From an uncultured Verrucomicrobiae bacterium (GTDB lineage: Bacteria > Verrucomicrobiota > Verrucomicrobiia > Limisphaerales > JAFGQR01), in NCBI GenBank assembly GCA_963788655.1, contig CAWBHS010000060.1, positions 256,001 through 320,000 on the forward strand: a DNA stretch of 64,000 nucleotides. The letters run 5' to 3'. The translations under genes were made by a program, and so were the position numbers. The notes under the pieces were generated by a model. The model saw nothing but the letters and a program-made list of their open reading frames with translations, ran no database searches and had not been told where the DNA came from. Below are positions 10,093 through 22,500 of this stretch, in pieces (the stretch's first letter is position 1; every line of letters starts with the position of its first letter).

Positions 10093-11500
10093 TCACGCCG
10101 CGCGCTGGCCGGCATCATCCTGGTCTTTCGTCTGGCAGCCGCAACGCTCACGCCATGACGATAGTCTGCCCAGCAATCCCAGCCGCTGCAGATAGGCGAC
10201 GTCCAATTGAAAGAGATTCGTGCCCGCTTTGCCTGCCCTTCGCTCGTAATCAAGCACGTTGGCCACGTGAACCGCGGTCAACAGGGAAAACGCGCGGTCG
10301 CCAGACTTGACCGGGCAATGGTGCAAGGCGATGGCTTCGAGAATCGGCAGGGGCAAGCCCCACGTGCCCAACAGACAAGCGCCCACTTCGGCGTGGCTGG
10401 CCCCAAAGATCTCCATCTCGACGTCGCGAATCGAAATCTCCCGCTGTGCCGCCTGCCGCAACAAGGTGCTGTACTGCGTCGGAATGTTGGCCGCCAGCAG
10501 CAACATGCCGACGTCGTGCAGCAAACCCGCGGTGAACGCCATTTCGCCCTGACGCGGGTCGTGGGTCTCGGCCATGGTGATGGCCATGCTGTGCGCTCCC
10601 GTGGCCATGCAGTGCATCCACAATTGCTCCAGTTTGAATTCGGGACACTTCGATTTGTCGAACTGCGTAAAGACGTGCGACAACAGGATCATCGACTTGA
10701 TCCGCTCGGCCCCTAAAAACATCACCGCTTCGGCGGTTTCGGTGATTTGTTGGGGCAACGCGAAAAAGGTCGAGTTGACCATGTGAAGAATTTTGGCGGT
10801 CATCACCGGATCTCGTGAAATCAACTTGGCCACGAATTCGAGCGATCCCTTCGGCGACTGCAATTCGCTCATCACCTGGGTGTAGAGCGTCGGCAACGCG
10901 GGCAATTGCGTCAACTGTTCCATCAGCCTCTTGACCGCGTCATTGGCCACCCATTCCTCCATCCGAAAGGCGCGGTTGACCACGGCTTGAAACGTCTTGC
11001 TATCGAAACCGCGCGGAATCACATAGGGCGGTCGCCCGAGACAACTCTTGAGCGGTTCTTGTTCCTCGGTGCCGCAGCCAACGAATCGCAACGTCTTTGG
11101 GCACCGCCGCGTTACGCGGTTCAGCAACTCCACGCCATTCATCTCCTCCATCTGCAATTCGGCAACGACCCCATCGAACGGCGCCTGATCCATCAGTTGC
11201 AAGGCCGCTGTGCCTCCCGCGGCAAATACCAATTCCCATTCGTCCCGATACGGCGCCAACACCTTCTCGGCTTGCTGCAACCGGTTGGCATTGTCATCAA
11301 CATACAGAATCCGACGGCGCGGCAGCACCGGGACAACCGACGCCGCTTTGCTGCGTTCGGCATCAGGCCCCGCGGCGCGTTTGGGTACTTCGTTGCGACG
11401 GCCCACCAGCGGAGGGCAATGCTGACGCGACGGTCTCAGCCGTGGTATCGCTGGACCGGTTGAATGAAACCGTATGTTTCAGTTTTTCGAACAAACCCAT
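10093..11500 (-). CDS. Atypical receiver (REC)-HDOD regulator with apparent +1 frameshift at GTAC 11385-11388
   Basis: ILYVDD, LPALP, DPVMTAKILHMVNS, GLLHDVG and HAEVGACLLGTWGLP. An upstream frame MGLFEKLK...RST (ATG at 11500) joins KRAAGPD if one base is removed. Confidence 0.85.
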
Positions 11501-11515
11501 AAGCCAATGCACGTG

Positions 11516-12709
11516 TTAGGCGGCCAACGCGGTCGTGGTTACTTTCCGCCAGACCTCCACCCGTTCATCAAAACCGAGCGCTGCAATGTAATCCATATCG
11601 ATCACATCCTTGGCTTCCGGCGGGAGGGAATCGTCGCACTCGTGTTCCAGGGCGTTGGCGGCATGAAGCGCGGTCACCAGCGTAAATTCCTTTTTCGGAT
11701 GCTCCGCCGGCCGATGATGGAATCCCACGCCGTCCACGACCGCCGCCGGTAATCCCCACAAGCCAAGCAAATACGCGCCCACTTCCGCGTGCGTCGCGCC
11801 CAGGAACTGTTTTTCGACCCGCCATAATGGTTGGGGTTGGGCCACCCAGTTTTCAAGAACCCGGCGGTAGTCCTCCGTCAAGCCGGACGCCAACACCAAC
11901 TTGCCCAGATCGTGCAAGAGGCCGGCGGTAAACACTTCGTCGCCGAGATGCGCGCGGTTTTCCGCATTCACGATTTGCCGGGCCAGCATCCCCACGTGCC
12001 AGGAATGTTGCCACAAGTGTTCGAGCGACAGGCCGGGCAAGGCCACCGGGGTGAACTGGCTGAAAGCTTGCACGCCCAGCACGAGGTTCTTCACGGTGCC
12101 GATGCCCAAATAGAAAATCGCCTCGCTGGGATTGTTCACCGGTTGGCGCAAGGCAAAGTAGGCCGAGTTAATCAATTGCAGCACCTTGGCCGTCAACCCC
12201 AAATCCCGCGAAATCAAGGAGGCCAGCTTGGGAATCGAGGGTTCCTCCTGCCGCAGTTCCTGCACCATCTCGAGGTAAATACCCGGCGCACTGGGAAGCG
12301 CCTGCAATTGGGACACCACCTGTTTGAGCCGGGGATCCAACGTTTGCCGGGAAGCCAATGCGCGTTCAATGGCTTCACGCAAGGCCAGGGCCGCACAGGG
12401 TTTAGAAATCAACTGGTGAGCCACCCCCGCCAGGCTGCGGCTGGCTTCGGCGTCGTCGCCCTCGGCCATGGCAATCCGCACCGCCTGCGGGAATTTCCGC
12501 ATGATCCAAGTCAGCAACTGCGCCCCGTCCATGCCGGGCATGGCCACGTCGGCCACGACCACGTCGAACGGCGTCTTGAACATCCGTTCCAGCGCCCGCG
12601 GGCCATTATTCAGGAACTCCATTTCATACTGGCCTTGCATCGGACGCAGAGCCTCCTGAAGCTGCTCGAGCGCCGCGGGTTCGTCATCTACCAATAGAAT
12701 TCGTTTCAT
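11516..12709 (-). CDS. Receiver (REC)-HDOD response regulator
   Basis: ILLVDD, phosphoacceptor VVADVAMPGMDG and SKP. HDOD motifs LPSAP, GLLHDLGKL and HAEVGAYLLGLWGLP. Confidence 0.92.
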   Translation of the reverse strand: MKRILLVDDEPAALEQLQEALRPMQGQYEMEFLNNGPRALERMFKTPFDVVVADVAMPGMDGAQLLTWIMRKFPQAVRIAMAEGDDAEASRSLAGVAHQLISKPCAALALREAIERALASRQTLDPRLKQVVSQLQALPSAPGIYLEMVQELRQEEPSIPKLASLISRDLGLTAKVLQLINSAYFALRQPVNNPSEAIFYLGIGTVKNLVLGVQAFSQFTPVALPGLSLEHLWQHSWHVGMLARQIVNAENRAHLGDEVFTAGLLHDLGKLVLASGLTEDYRRVLENWVAQPQPLWRVEKQFLGATHAEVGAYLLGLWGLPAAVVDGVGFHHRPAEHPKKEFTLVTALHAANALEHECDDSLPPEAKDVIDMDYIAALGFDERVEVWRKVTTTALAA

Positions 12710-13057
12710 TCCATCTGCACGGGCTGCTGACGCAACGGAAACTCGCTTCGACTCAGAAAACGGTTTCGTTGATCGGTGCCGTCACCAACGGAAACTGCGC
12801 GGCTCCACCCGGAGCTGGCCCAGACCATCCGCCTCCGGTCAACCCGCCCCTGCCGCCGGGCAATCTCTGCCCAGTTGTCCGGAATGACAGGGAGTCTTCA
12901 CCACGCCAAATCACGCGGTTTCTCGCCTGCCCGCCTGCCGGTTATGACTTTAGCAGGGCGTGTTCCACCAGTCGGACGCCGCTCCGAATATATCAAATTG
13001 GAACATTGGCTGTAAGAAAACCGGTTTGCCGGTCACTATTTCTCAAAACGAACTCAA

Positions 13058-13582
13058 ATGGGCGCATCCGAACACGAATCCATCTTTCGCCGCTGGCTGG
13101 CCGACCACGCCGGTTTGATGTGGAAGGTGGTGCGGGCGTTCGCCGCCGGGCCGGAAGATCAGGAAGATCTGTTGCAGGAAATCGCGCTGCAACTGTGGAT
13201 GTCGTTGCCCGCCTTTCGCGGCGAGGCGAAGGAGAGCACGTGGATTTATCGCGTCGCGTTCAATACCGCGCTCGTTTGGAGGCGCACCGAAACGCGGCGG
13301 CAGGCAAAGCATGAGAAATTCCTGGAATTCAAGGTCGCCGAGGAAAGCCCATCCGATCGGCCTGGGAAGACTCGCGATGAGGAAAGGGTGCAGATGCTCT
13401 ATGCCGCCATTCGCCGGTTGCCCAGATTGGACGCCTCGCTGGCGTTGATGCACCTCGACGGCCTGAGTTACCGCGAGATGAGCGAGGTGCTGGGCATTTC
13501 GGAAAATCACGTCGGCGTGAAGTTGAACCGCATCCGCAATCAACTGGCCGAACAATTGAAGGAAGCGTGTCATGAAGCTTGA
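13058..13582 (+). CDS. ECF RNA polymerase sigma factor
   Basis: DLLQEIALQLW, STWIYRVAFNTAL and region-4 HTH GLSYREMSEVLGISENHVGVKLNR. Confidence 0.93.
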   Translation: MGASEHESIFRRWLADHAGLMWKVVRAFAAGPEDQEDLLQEIALQLWMSLPAFRGEAKESTWIYRVAFNTALVWRRTETRRQAKHEKFLEFKVAEESPSDRPGKTRDEERVQMLYAAIRRLPRLDASLALMHLDGLSYREMSEVLGISENHVGVKLNRIRNQLAEQLKEACHEA

Positions 13583-15089
13583 CGATTTTCAAAAGTCCTG
13601 GCAGTCGCAGGACGCCGCAAAAGAGATTTCCATCAACGCCGACGTGCTGCTGAACGAGGTCCGCCGGAATCAGCAGCAATTCCGCCGGACGATCTTCTGG
13701 CGCGACGTGCGCGAGGTCGGCGTGGCGATGCTGCTGGTGCCGGTGTTCATCTACAGCGGTTGGAAGACTCATTGGACGCTATACCTGAGCGCCTTTGCCT
13801 GCTTCGTGGTCGGCGCGTTCCTGGTGCTTGACCGCCGTCGGCAAAAGAAAATGACACCGGACCTGCACGGTTCGCTGAAGGATTGCGCGACCACGTCGCT
13901 GGCGGAAGTCAGCCACCAAATCTGGTTGTTGAAGAATATTCTGTGGTGGTATCTGCTGCCGCCGTTCGTGCCGATGCTTTTGTTCTTCGGCTGGTGCGCG
14001 TGGAGCCCGTCAGGAGCTGTTGTGGCCGGGATTCTTCAGTTCCTGTTTCTGGTTGGCATTGTCCTGCTCATCAATGTGTTCGTTTACTGGCTCAACCAGT
14101 CCGCCGTGAAGAAGTGCCTGGAGCCGCGCCGGCGGGAATTGGAAGCGCTGCTTCATTGGGCCGAAACCGGCGAGCCGCTGGACGAAACGCACGTCGCCAA
14201 ACTACGCTCAATGGCTCTCTCAATAGCGGCCGCCGACCAGGTTAAACCTGTCGAATTCAAGGTCGCGTTCGGGCAGATTGCCTTTTTCGGCATGCCTGGA
14301 ATTGTTGGGATTTGGTTCTTTTTGATGCTCGGCCTGACCATGAGCAATCAAGACTGGAAGACCAAGGAGCCGGCCCGTGAGACGATCGCGCCTACCTTTC
14401 ACGTTGAAGAAACCAACCGCTACTCCGTCGTTGCTCGAACGGTTGTTGGTCAGCTCAACGCAGGCGATTACGCCGCTGTGCAAAAGCTGTTCACCCCGGA
14501 GATGAGCAACGCTTTGCCGCCGGAGACAGCATCCGATTTTTTCACCGGGCTCGCCACGGGATTCGGTCACATCGAAACGGTTGAAGGCCCGACCGGCAAT
14601 GGCTACCGCGGGTGGACAGCGTTCCGCCTGGATTGCCAGCATGGTGAGTTGACGATGAGCCTGGCGCTTAACGCGGAAGATAGAATCGCCGGACTCTATT
14701 TCAAACCGGCGCACAGGCATTACGCGAATTTTAAATCGTTCATGCTCGAGCTTTTCAACTGGCGGCATCTGCTTTGGCTTCCGCCTTTCGTCATGGCCGG
14801 CTTGTTATATTCCTGGCTGCTGCAGAAATTAACCAAGCGAGCCGTGGGGATCAGCGCTCTGGGGATTCATTTGTCGAAAGGGCTGAACCTTATTCTCTGG
14901 GATGAAATACAAGAAGTTCGGCCACTTAGGTTTTTGCACGTTCGAAATCTCTGGCTGACCAGCGAATCAGGCGAAAAGACGCTCATGCACTGGACGCCCT
15001 TGGAACGACATGCTGACCTGAAGGCGGCGGTGGAACGCTGTGCCCCGGCAAACCATCCGATCCGTAAATATCTCTCTCTGTTGACATGA
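13572..15089 (+). CDS. Multi-pass membrane protein, putative anti-sigma factor with DUF3887-like extracytoplasmic domain
   Basis: Overlaps the sigma stop codon. MKLDDFQKSWQ N-terminus, several TM helices and the segment LNAGDYAAVQKLFTPEMSNAL...DRIAGLYFKP. Confidence 0.6.
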   Translation: MKLDDFQKSWQSQDAAKEISINADVLLNEVRRNQQQFRRTIFWRDVREVGVAMLLVPVFIYSGWKTHWTLYLSAFACFVVGAFLVLDRRRQKKMTPDLHGSLKDCATTSLAEVSHQIWLLKNILWWYLLPPFVPMLLFFGWCAWSPSGAVVAGILQFLFLVGIVLLINVFVYWLNQSAVKKCLEPRRRELEALLHWAETGEPLDETHVAKLRSMALSIAAADQVKPVEFKVAFGQIAFFGMPGIVGIWFFLMLGLTMSNQDWKTKEPARETIAPTFHVEETNRYSVVARTVVGQLNAGDYAAVQKLFTPEMSNALPPETASDFFTGLATGFGHIETVEGPTGNGYRGWTAFRLDCQHGELTMSLALNAEDRIAGLYFKPAHRHYANFKSFMLELFNWRHLLWLPPFVMAGLLYSWLLQKLTKRAVGISALGIHLSKGLNLILWDEIQEVRPLRFLHVRNLWLTSESGEKTLMHWTPLERHADLKAAVERCAPANHPIRKYLSLLT

Positions 15090-15191
15090 ATCTGAACAGA
15101 ACAACCGCAAATCTGTAGCTGAACCGTGGAAGCAAGAACGGGTGGCTTTTCCCGGACACCGGGATCACGCCAACAACTCCTGAAACAGAAT

Positions 15192-16346
15192 ATGAACGAA
15201 AACAAACCACTCGGTCCGCTGCTGTTGGTGTCGGCGGCTTGCATCATTGCGGTCATTGCCCACGCCTCCAAGCAAACCAATTCGGCCGCAAACCTGATTC
15301 CGGCCACCGGCATCGCCGGCATCTGCCAGGCGCACAACGTGCCCGCGCTCGCAGTCGTGGTGACCAAGGACGGGCAGATTTGCGACCGGGCCGCCGCCGG
15401 TGTCCGCAAATGGGGCGACCCCACGCCGGTCACCACCAACGACGTGTTTCACCTCGGCTCATGCACCAAGTCCATGACGGCCACCCTCGCGGCGATGTTC
15501 ATCGAGCAGGGAAAACTGCGCTGGGACACGACCATCGGGGAAGTGTTCCCCGAACTAAAAGGCAAGATGGACCAGCGTTACGAAGCCGTGACGGTCGAGC
15601 AATTGCTGCATCATCGCGGCGGCGTGCCGCACCATTCGCCGCCCGCTGCCTGGAAACGTGCCTGGCAAGAACTAGGCACGCCCACGGAACAACGGCGCGA
15701 ATTCATTGAATCCGTCTTGAGCGCGCCGCCCGAAGCCGAGCCGGGCACGAAGAAGATTTATTCCAACGACGGATACGTCATCGTGGGCGTGATGCTGGAA
15801 AATATTTCCGGTGGGGATTTTGAATCACTGCTGACGGAAAAACTGTTCAAGCCGCTGCAGATGAACACCGCCGGTTTCGGCCCGCCGGGCACGATAGGCC
15901 AAGTGGACCAGCCGTGGGGCCACGTTCACCAGGTGTTCGCGACGGTGCCGATGCAGTTGGACAATCCGCCCGTGCATTCCCCATCTGGCCGCGTGCATTG
16001 TTCGCTTGCTGACCTCGCGCGCTACGCCATGTTCCACCTGCAGCCCGGAACGAACGCGCTGCTGAAACCGGCGATGCTGACAAAACTGCACGCCTCGCCG
16101 GAAGGCGTGGAAATCAAGAATGTCATGGACGACTACGCCTGTGGCTGGGTGCGCTTGAAACGCGACTGGGCGGGCGGCACGGTGTTATGGCACAACGGCT
16201 CGAATACGATGTGGTATATCGTGATGTGGCTCGCCCCGGAGAAAAACTTCTCGGTCATCGCGGTGACCAACGTCGCCGGCAAGGACGCACAAAAAGCCTG
16301 TGACGATGCGTGCGTGGCGATGATCAGGAAATGGCTGCCGAAATAG
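15192..16346 (+). CDS. Serine hydrolase, beta-lactamase class C/PBP-like family
   Basis: SxxK (LGSCTKS), LLHHRGG, YSN and WHNGS motifs with a signal-like N-terminus. Confidence 0.9.
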   Translation: MNENKPLGPLLLVSAACIIAVIAHASKQTNSAANLIPATGIAGICQAHNVPALAVVVTKDGQICDRAAAGVRKWGDPTPVTTNDVFHLGSCTKSMTATLAAMFIEQGKLRWDTTIGEVFPELKGKMDQRYEAVTVEQLLHHRGGVPHHSPPAAWKRAWQELGTPTEQRREFIESVLSAPPEAEPGTKKIYSNDGYVIVGVMLENISGGDFESLLTEKLFKPLQMNTAGFGPPGTIGQVDQPWGHVHQVFATVPMQLDNPPVHSPSGRVHCSLADLARYAMFHLQPGTNALLKPAMLTKLHASPEGVEIKNVMDDYACGWVRLKRDWAGGTVLWHNGSNTMWYIVMWLAPEKNFSVIAVTNVAGKDAQKACDDACVAMIRKWLPK

Positions 16347-16395
16347 CGGCCCGCGCGCGGGCAATGCCGTTCCGCCCTAACGATTCAGTCAAAAA

Positions 16396-16526
16396 GGGGA
16401 GTGCGCGCACCCCGGGCGCCGGGGTTGGCGCCTCGCCAACCACATTTCACTTTTCAGTGACTGCTCAGTCGCGAGGCCAACCGGCGAGGGCACCGGTTGG
16501 CAACGCCCGAGGCGGGCGCGCTCCCC
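16396..16526. repeat. Palindromic REP-like element between convergent genes
   Basis: ggggagtgcgcgc...gcgcgctcccc outer arms with internal ggttggcgcctcgccaacc hairpin. Confidence 0.55.
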
Positions 16527-16569
16527 AAACCAAATAGCATCAATACGGCTTCAAGCCGTAAACTGGAGG

Positions 16570-19500
16570 TTAGGCGGCGGCGGCATTCGCTTCGGCTATG
16601 GCGGCGTCGAGGAGGTTGGCGGCCGACGGCAATATTTGTCGCAAGGCCTCCGTCCGCCGGCACAGTGCTTCCACCGGTTCGCGCGCGTTGAATTGCAGCA
16701 ACCGCCGATACCACGTGATGAATTCCCGGCTGAGCTCCGCCTCGAATTGGGCCGGCAGGGAAAACTGATTATCGCCCACGACGGTTTCGCACAGGATCAA
16801 TGCCGCCACGCAACCGGGATCGGCGGCCGATTTTAACTGACGCCAGACCGGCAACGCTTCGGCGCAATGGCCGGCCAACGTCAACGCCTCAGCCCGCTGC
16901 TGGCAAATCGTCGTGTCCTGGGGCAGATGCCGCTGGGCCTCGCCAGTCCAATTGAGCGCGACCTCAAGAAATTCAGGCCGGCTGAGCGCAAGTTGGCCGC
17001 CTTGCCGCCAAACCGGCGCCTCCTGAGGATGCTCACTGGCCAGCGCAAAGAACAGGTTCAAGGCCTCCACCGGCTGATCGTGACCGGCCATGAATCGTGC
17101 ATAATCGAGCCGCGCCAGCCGCGACTGCGGATCGTCCTGAATCGCTTGCTGGAATTGTTCGGCGGCGGTGGCGTGCCCGAGTTGGGCCAGACACAACGCG
17201 AGACAATGACGCGGGCCGGCCTTGAGGATTTCCTGGTTGACCGGCGTGAAGGCGGGCTGTTGGCGCTTGGCCAGACACTGCCTGAACTGTTCCGCCGCTT
17301 CCAGAAACTGCTGCTGTTCCATGAGCGCCAAACCCAGGGTGAAGTGCATCGACGCTGTCAAACCGCCGCGCCGCGCCAGCGGACCCGTCAACAATTGAAT
17401 GACCGCGCCGTGTTCCTTGGTCTTCAACAATTGCGTGCTGAACTGCGTCAGCAGTGCCTCGCGAATCTCCGGCGTCAATTGCGCCGCCGGCAATGCGACG
17501 GCCGCGTTGAACGCCTCCTGGTACCGCTGCAAACCTTCCGGAAGCCGTCCGGCGCGCACCAATTCGAGCCCAAGATTCAGCAACAGATTCGGTTCATCCG
17601 GCAACTCCTCGACGGCTTTTTCCAACAGGCGGAGATTCCGTTCGACTTTGCTCCGCTGCTGGGTTATAGCCTGCGTGTAGCCATGATGGATCAACGTCGC
17701 TTTGCCAAACTTGTTATCGAGACCCCATTCCTGGCGGCGCACTTCCACACTGCTGAACACCTGCTCGTGAATCCGACCGACGTAGAACAATCCGGGCGCA
17801 TTGCGGAACAACCGCGGCACAAAACTGCGGCCTTCCGCCTCTCGCCCCACGTCCAACATCGGCAGGCGATAAGCCATCACGCCGCCGGCTTGAAGCTCTT
17901 GTTTCAATACGTCGCGATCTTGGGCGCGCAATTCCTCGTCGGCGTCGAGCACCAGCACCCAATCACCGCGGGCATGTTCCAACGCCGCATTGCGGGCCAC
18001 GCTGAAGTCATCCGTCCATTCGCACGAATAGACCTCGGCGTTGAACCGCGCGGCAATGGTGGTAGTCCAATCCGTGGACCCAGTGTCCATCACGACGATC
18101 TGGTCGGCAATCGGTCGCACCGATTCCAGGCACTGACCGAGGAACTGTTCCTCGTTTTTGGTAATCAAACAGACGGTCAGCCGCGGAGCGTGCCGGAAAT
18201 CCCGCGCCAGTTCCGAGGGCAGCGGCAGTTCCAATCGTGGCTTGCCGCCTTTGCCGGGCAGCGACTTTGAGAACTTACGGGCCGGCTTCCATTTCGGCGC
18301 CAGCAACCGCGCCTGCTCGGCGCAACGTTTCGCCAGCGGAATATCTCCAACGTCCCGGGCGATCTCGGCCAGCAACAGAAAGGCCTCCGGATGATAGGGC
18401 CGGACGCCGATGGCATCCACAGCAGATTCCCAAGCCGGCAGCCACTTTTTGTTCCGGTGCAACTCGTGCGCCGGTCCCAAACGACCCCGCAACGCCGCGG
18501 GCGGTAGTTGGATCGGTGCCGCTTTGCGCTGGGGATGGGGCGACGAGTTACCGATGGTGAACGGTTGTTGGTGCGAAGTAATCTGCCGTAACCGTTGGGC
18601 CGCCACCTGCGCAGCCCGATCCCAGGTCCACTCGCGGCGCACGCATTCGCTGGCCGCGCGCCCTTTGGCCCGAGCTTCCGCGCGATGTTCAAACACCCAC
18701 CGCATTTTGGCAGCGAGCTCGGGTAGATTCGGTTCCAACAGCCAGCCTTCGCCGGCCAGCTTCATGCCACTGATCACATCGCCAATGGCCCGCCGTTTCG
18801 TTGGCACGCGATAGGCAAACTCATCGGTGGCAAAATCATCCGTGGCGCCGCCGCCGGTCACAATGACTGGCAAGCCGCACGCCATCGCTTCCAGCACGGG
18901 CAGGCCGAAGCCTTCGCCGCGATAAGGATGCACCAGGGAGTCGCACGCGGTGTAAAGTCCGGCCATGTCCCCGAGTTCCTCCGTGAGATAGAGAATCTCC
19001 GGGGCATTCGGCCGGGCTTGCGCGGCGCGGATTTGCGCCTCGAAGGTCTGGCCGGCATACACGCTCTGGCCGCCAAAATCCTTGATCACGAGACACACGT
19101 CGTCCGCCGCGGTGAAGTGCTCGCAATACGCCTTCAGCAACAGGTCCGGCCCTTTGCGATGGATGGTGCCGCCGACAAAGAGAAACTTGAACGATTTGCG
19201 CGTCGCCAAGGGCATGGGCGGCACGGCCGGGTGGAAGATGGACGGATTGATGCCGTTAGGCACGACGTGAACCTTCTCCGCCGGCACACCCGACTCGACA
19301 TACATCCGTTGCGCGCACGCCGAGGGCACCCAGACCTCGTCCACGCGCTGGCAATTGCGCACCCATTCGGCCGGGATGCGCCCGTATTCCCAGGGCTGAA
19401 TCAGCACCCACGCACCGGAGGCAGGAGCCGTCCAATTGGGCGGCCAGGCATGGCGAACGGTGACCTGCGTATTCGGCGGGGCGACCGGCTGCAATTCGCG

Positions 19501-22500
19501 GGCGACCGCGACCAACTCCGGGTATTGGGCACCGCCGTTAAGCGCGGCAATGTTCCCCAGTCGCGTCAACTGGATTTGCGGCTGCCGGGCCAGCTCGCGC
19601 GTCAGTTCGCGGTTGACGTGCGACAAGCTGCCTAAGTCTAGGAAGGAGCCATCCCAGGCTACCACCGTGCGCGTTGCGGCCTCGTTGTCCGAGGCTTGGA
19701 CGGGCGCGCCGGAGGCGGCAACGGCGGCGCCGCTTGCCCCGGCGGGGATTGGCCGGGAGCCGGGCTTGGCCTCCAGTCCCGACCGGACAGCTTGCATCAT
19801 CTTCGTCACCGCCGCCGTGGGCCCGTAGGCCCATTCCATGAACAGCGCGCCGTCGCGCCCCATTTCCTGGCGCCGGGATGCGGGCGTGGCAATGGCCGAG
19901 CGCAGTGCGCGGCGGACATCGGCCACCACCAGCAACGGCATGGGCTGGTTGCGATGATGCGGCTGATACAACAGTTCCGCCTCCGTCAGCGGCCGGTTGA
20001 GCCGCGGATTGACCGGGATGGCAAAAACGCTTTTGCTCATCGGCAGGTTCATGCCGTAGCCCTCGGGAATCACCGCCACCTTTTCCCGCACGAACACCTC
20101 TCCGACCGGCGCGGTGATCGCAGTGTCGCACGACACAAACGCGTCGCAACTGTCCATCAACCGGCAGATGCCCAACCGGGTGTCCCGCGACTCGTCCACG
20201 CGGATCGGCGCGGCCGAACCAGTTGTCCGGCGCAGCCGTTCGATGAGTTCCCGCAAATCCCGTTGCGGCTGGTCGGGCGTCGGATGCCAGGAGGGGTAAT
20301 TGACCTTGAGATACAACTCCACGTCGTCCTGGCCGTTGAACTCCCGCAGATACGCCTCAATCAACGTGTCCCAGCGGCGGCGCGGCAGAAACATGGCCAG
20401 CGCCAGGAACCGGAACGGCCGGCCGGGCACCGGTCCCGCCGGAGCGGGCAACGGCAGCCGGGCATTGTGAATCCAGGGATGCGGACAATCCACCTGGTGG
20501 AGTTTGGACCGCGCCACGCCGGCGGCGGCAAACACGTCCAGTTCCGCCCGGCTCATTAACCAGACTTGGTCCATCTGGTTGCAAACGCTGATCCACTCGG
20601 CCGGCGGGTGGTTGCCCTGGGCACTGCTGTCAAAGGTGGTGAACATGATCCGCAGCGCGTCCGGCGGCAGCGGCACCGTCAACCATTGCGGACTAGGCAC
20701 ATGGAAGAACACGGTGACCAATGGCGCCGTCAAGCGGGTTTGTTCGAGGCGCTTGATCAGGTCCAGATCGCAATCATCTACCCCTGGCTCGACTCCATCC
20801 ACCGGCACCACGCGCACCCGAATCCCGGCCTGAAGCCAGGCGTTGACCAAGGCGCGTGCGGCCACGCCGTAGCCGCTACGGTTGTAGAGCGGCGCCACGA
20901 GCATCACGGTCGGCCCGGCGGCCTCATCCGTGGACAGCACCGGCAAGATGGCCATGTTATCGCCCGACGCAATGGTTTGCGGACCGGTCGCCGATGCCGG
21001 TTCGACGCGTTGATCCCCGGCGAGCACATCCAACCGGGCTTCGAGGCGATCGGTGCAAACCGACCAGTCATACTGCCGGACCACCAGCGCGCGCGCTTGT
21101 TCGGCTTTCTCCCGAACCTTGGCGCCGCCGCGCTGGACATGGGTCATGATGTCCGCCAGCCGTTTCGTGTCCGGCTCGGCAAAGCGCTGGCCAGCACTCA
21201 CAGTCCAATGGCCGATGCGGGAATTGCGCCGGGTCTGCTCCCGTGCGGGCACCAGCCACGCGTTGGCGTCGGTGCAAAGTTCGAGCAACGCGCCATGCCG
21301 CGTAGCAATGACCGGCACCCCGCTGGCCATGGCTTCCAAAACCGCCAGTGAGGAACTGGCTGTGCGCAAGGGCAACACCAGGCAATCACACGCCGCATAC
21401 AAGCCCGGCATGTCCGCCTCCGGCAACATCGCCGGCAGGTATTCGAGGGCCGGGGCGTTGGGCTGACGGGCGAATTCCTCGACCAGTTGGCGGCCGCCGT
21501 GGCGCACGTAGTAATCCTCGCAGTCGGTGTCCTTCACCACCAGGCAGACATCGTCCCGGCCGCGGAACGCGTGCGCGTAGGCCGCCAGCAACACATCGAA
21601 TCCCTTGCGCCAGCCCGCTTCGCCGACGAACAGAAACTTAAAACGTTTACGCGTCGCCAACGGCCGCGGCGAAACCCCGGGGCGAAACAATTGCGTGTCC
21701 ACCCCGAACGGCAGCACATGCACCCGCTCGGCGGCGATGCCCGCGTTCAGGAAATTGTCGCGCACCCACTGGCTGGGCACCCAGACTTCATCCACGGATT
21801 CTTGAAGAGGCCGAACCCAGTCCACCGGGATACCGCCGGTCCACCAGGTGTTGATCAGGATCTGGCGGCGGGCGGGCAACTCACGGAACACCGGATGCCA
21901 GCGCGACATCACGGTGAATTCCGCTGGCGCCGGCAGCGGTTGATAGAACCGTTCGGCCAACGCACGGTAGGCGTCACGTTCAGCCAGATTCAGCTCTTCG
22001 ACGTGAAACGGGCCGTTGCCGGGAACCAGGGAAAGCGCGTGGCCGCGTTCGCTCAGGGCCCGGCACCAAGCCCGGTTGACGGCGGGTAATTTGCCGTGGA
22101 ACAACTGGAGACCGCACCAGTTCAGCGTGTGCGTGACACAGCGCGGCACACCACCCGGCGCTGGTTCATTACCGGGCAGACGGCCGGATGGAGTTGGAGT
22201 CGCGCCCAGCAGATTACAACTCTGCGATACAGCAGAGGGCAACTCTGCGCTACCAGACTGGCGATCATCGGTAGGACCGTCTGTGGGCTTCCCGGCAAGT
22301 TCCGTTTGGCTCGTAGCGGAGGAGGATTCAGCCACCCAGGCCCGTTCCATGGCGGCCACGGCCGCGGGCACAGTGGCTTCAAAGCTGTATTGGCGGCGCA
22401 TGAATTCATACGCGCCTTCCACCCGGTCGCGGCGTTCGTCCAACGGCATCGCAACTGCCTGGCGCAAGGCCCGCCGGATGTCCGGCACCTCCACCGCGCA

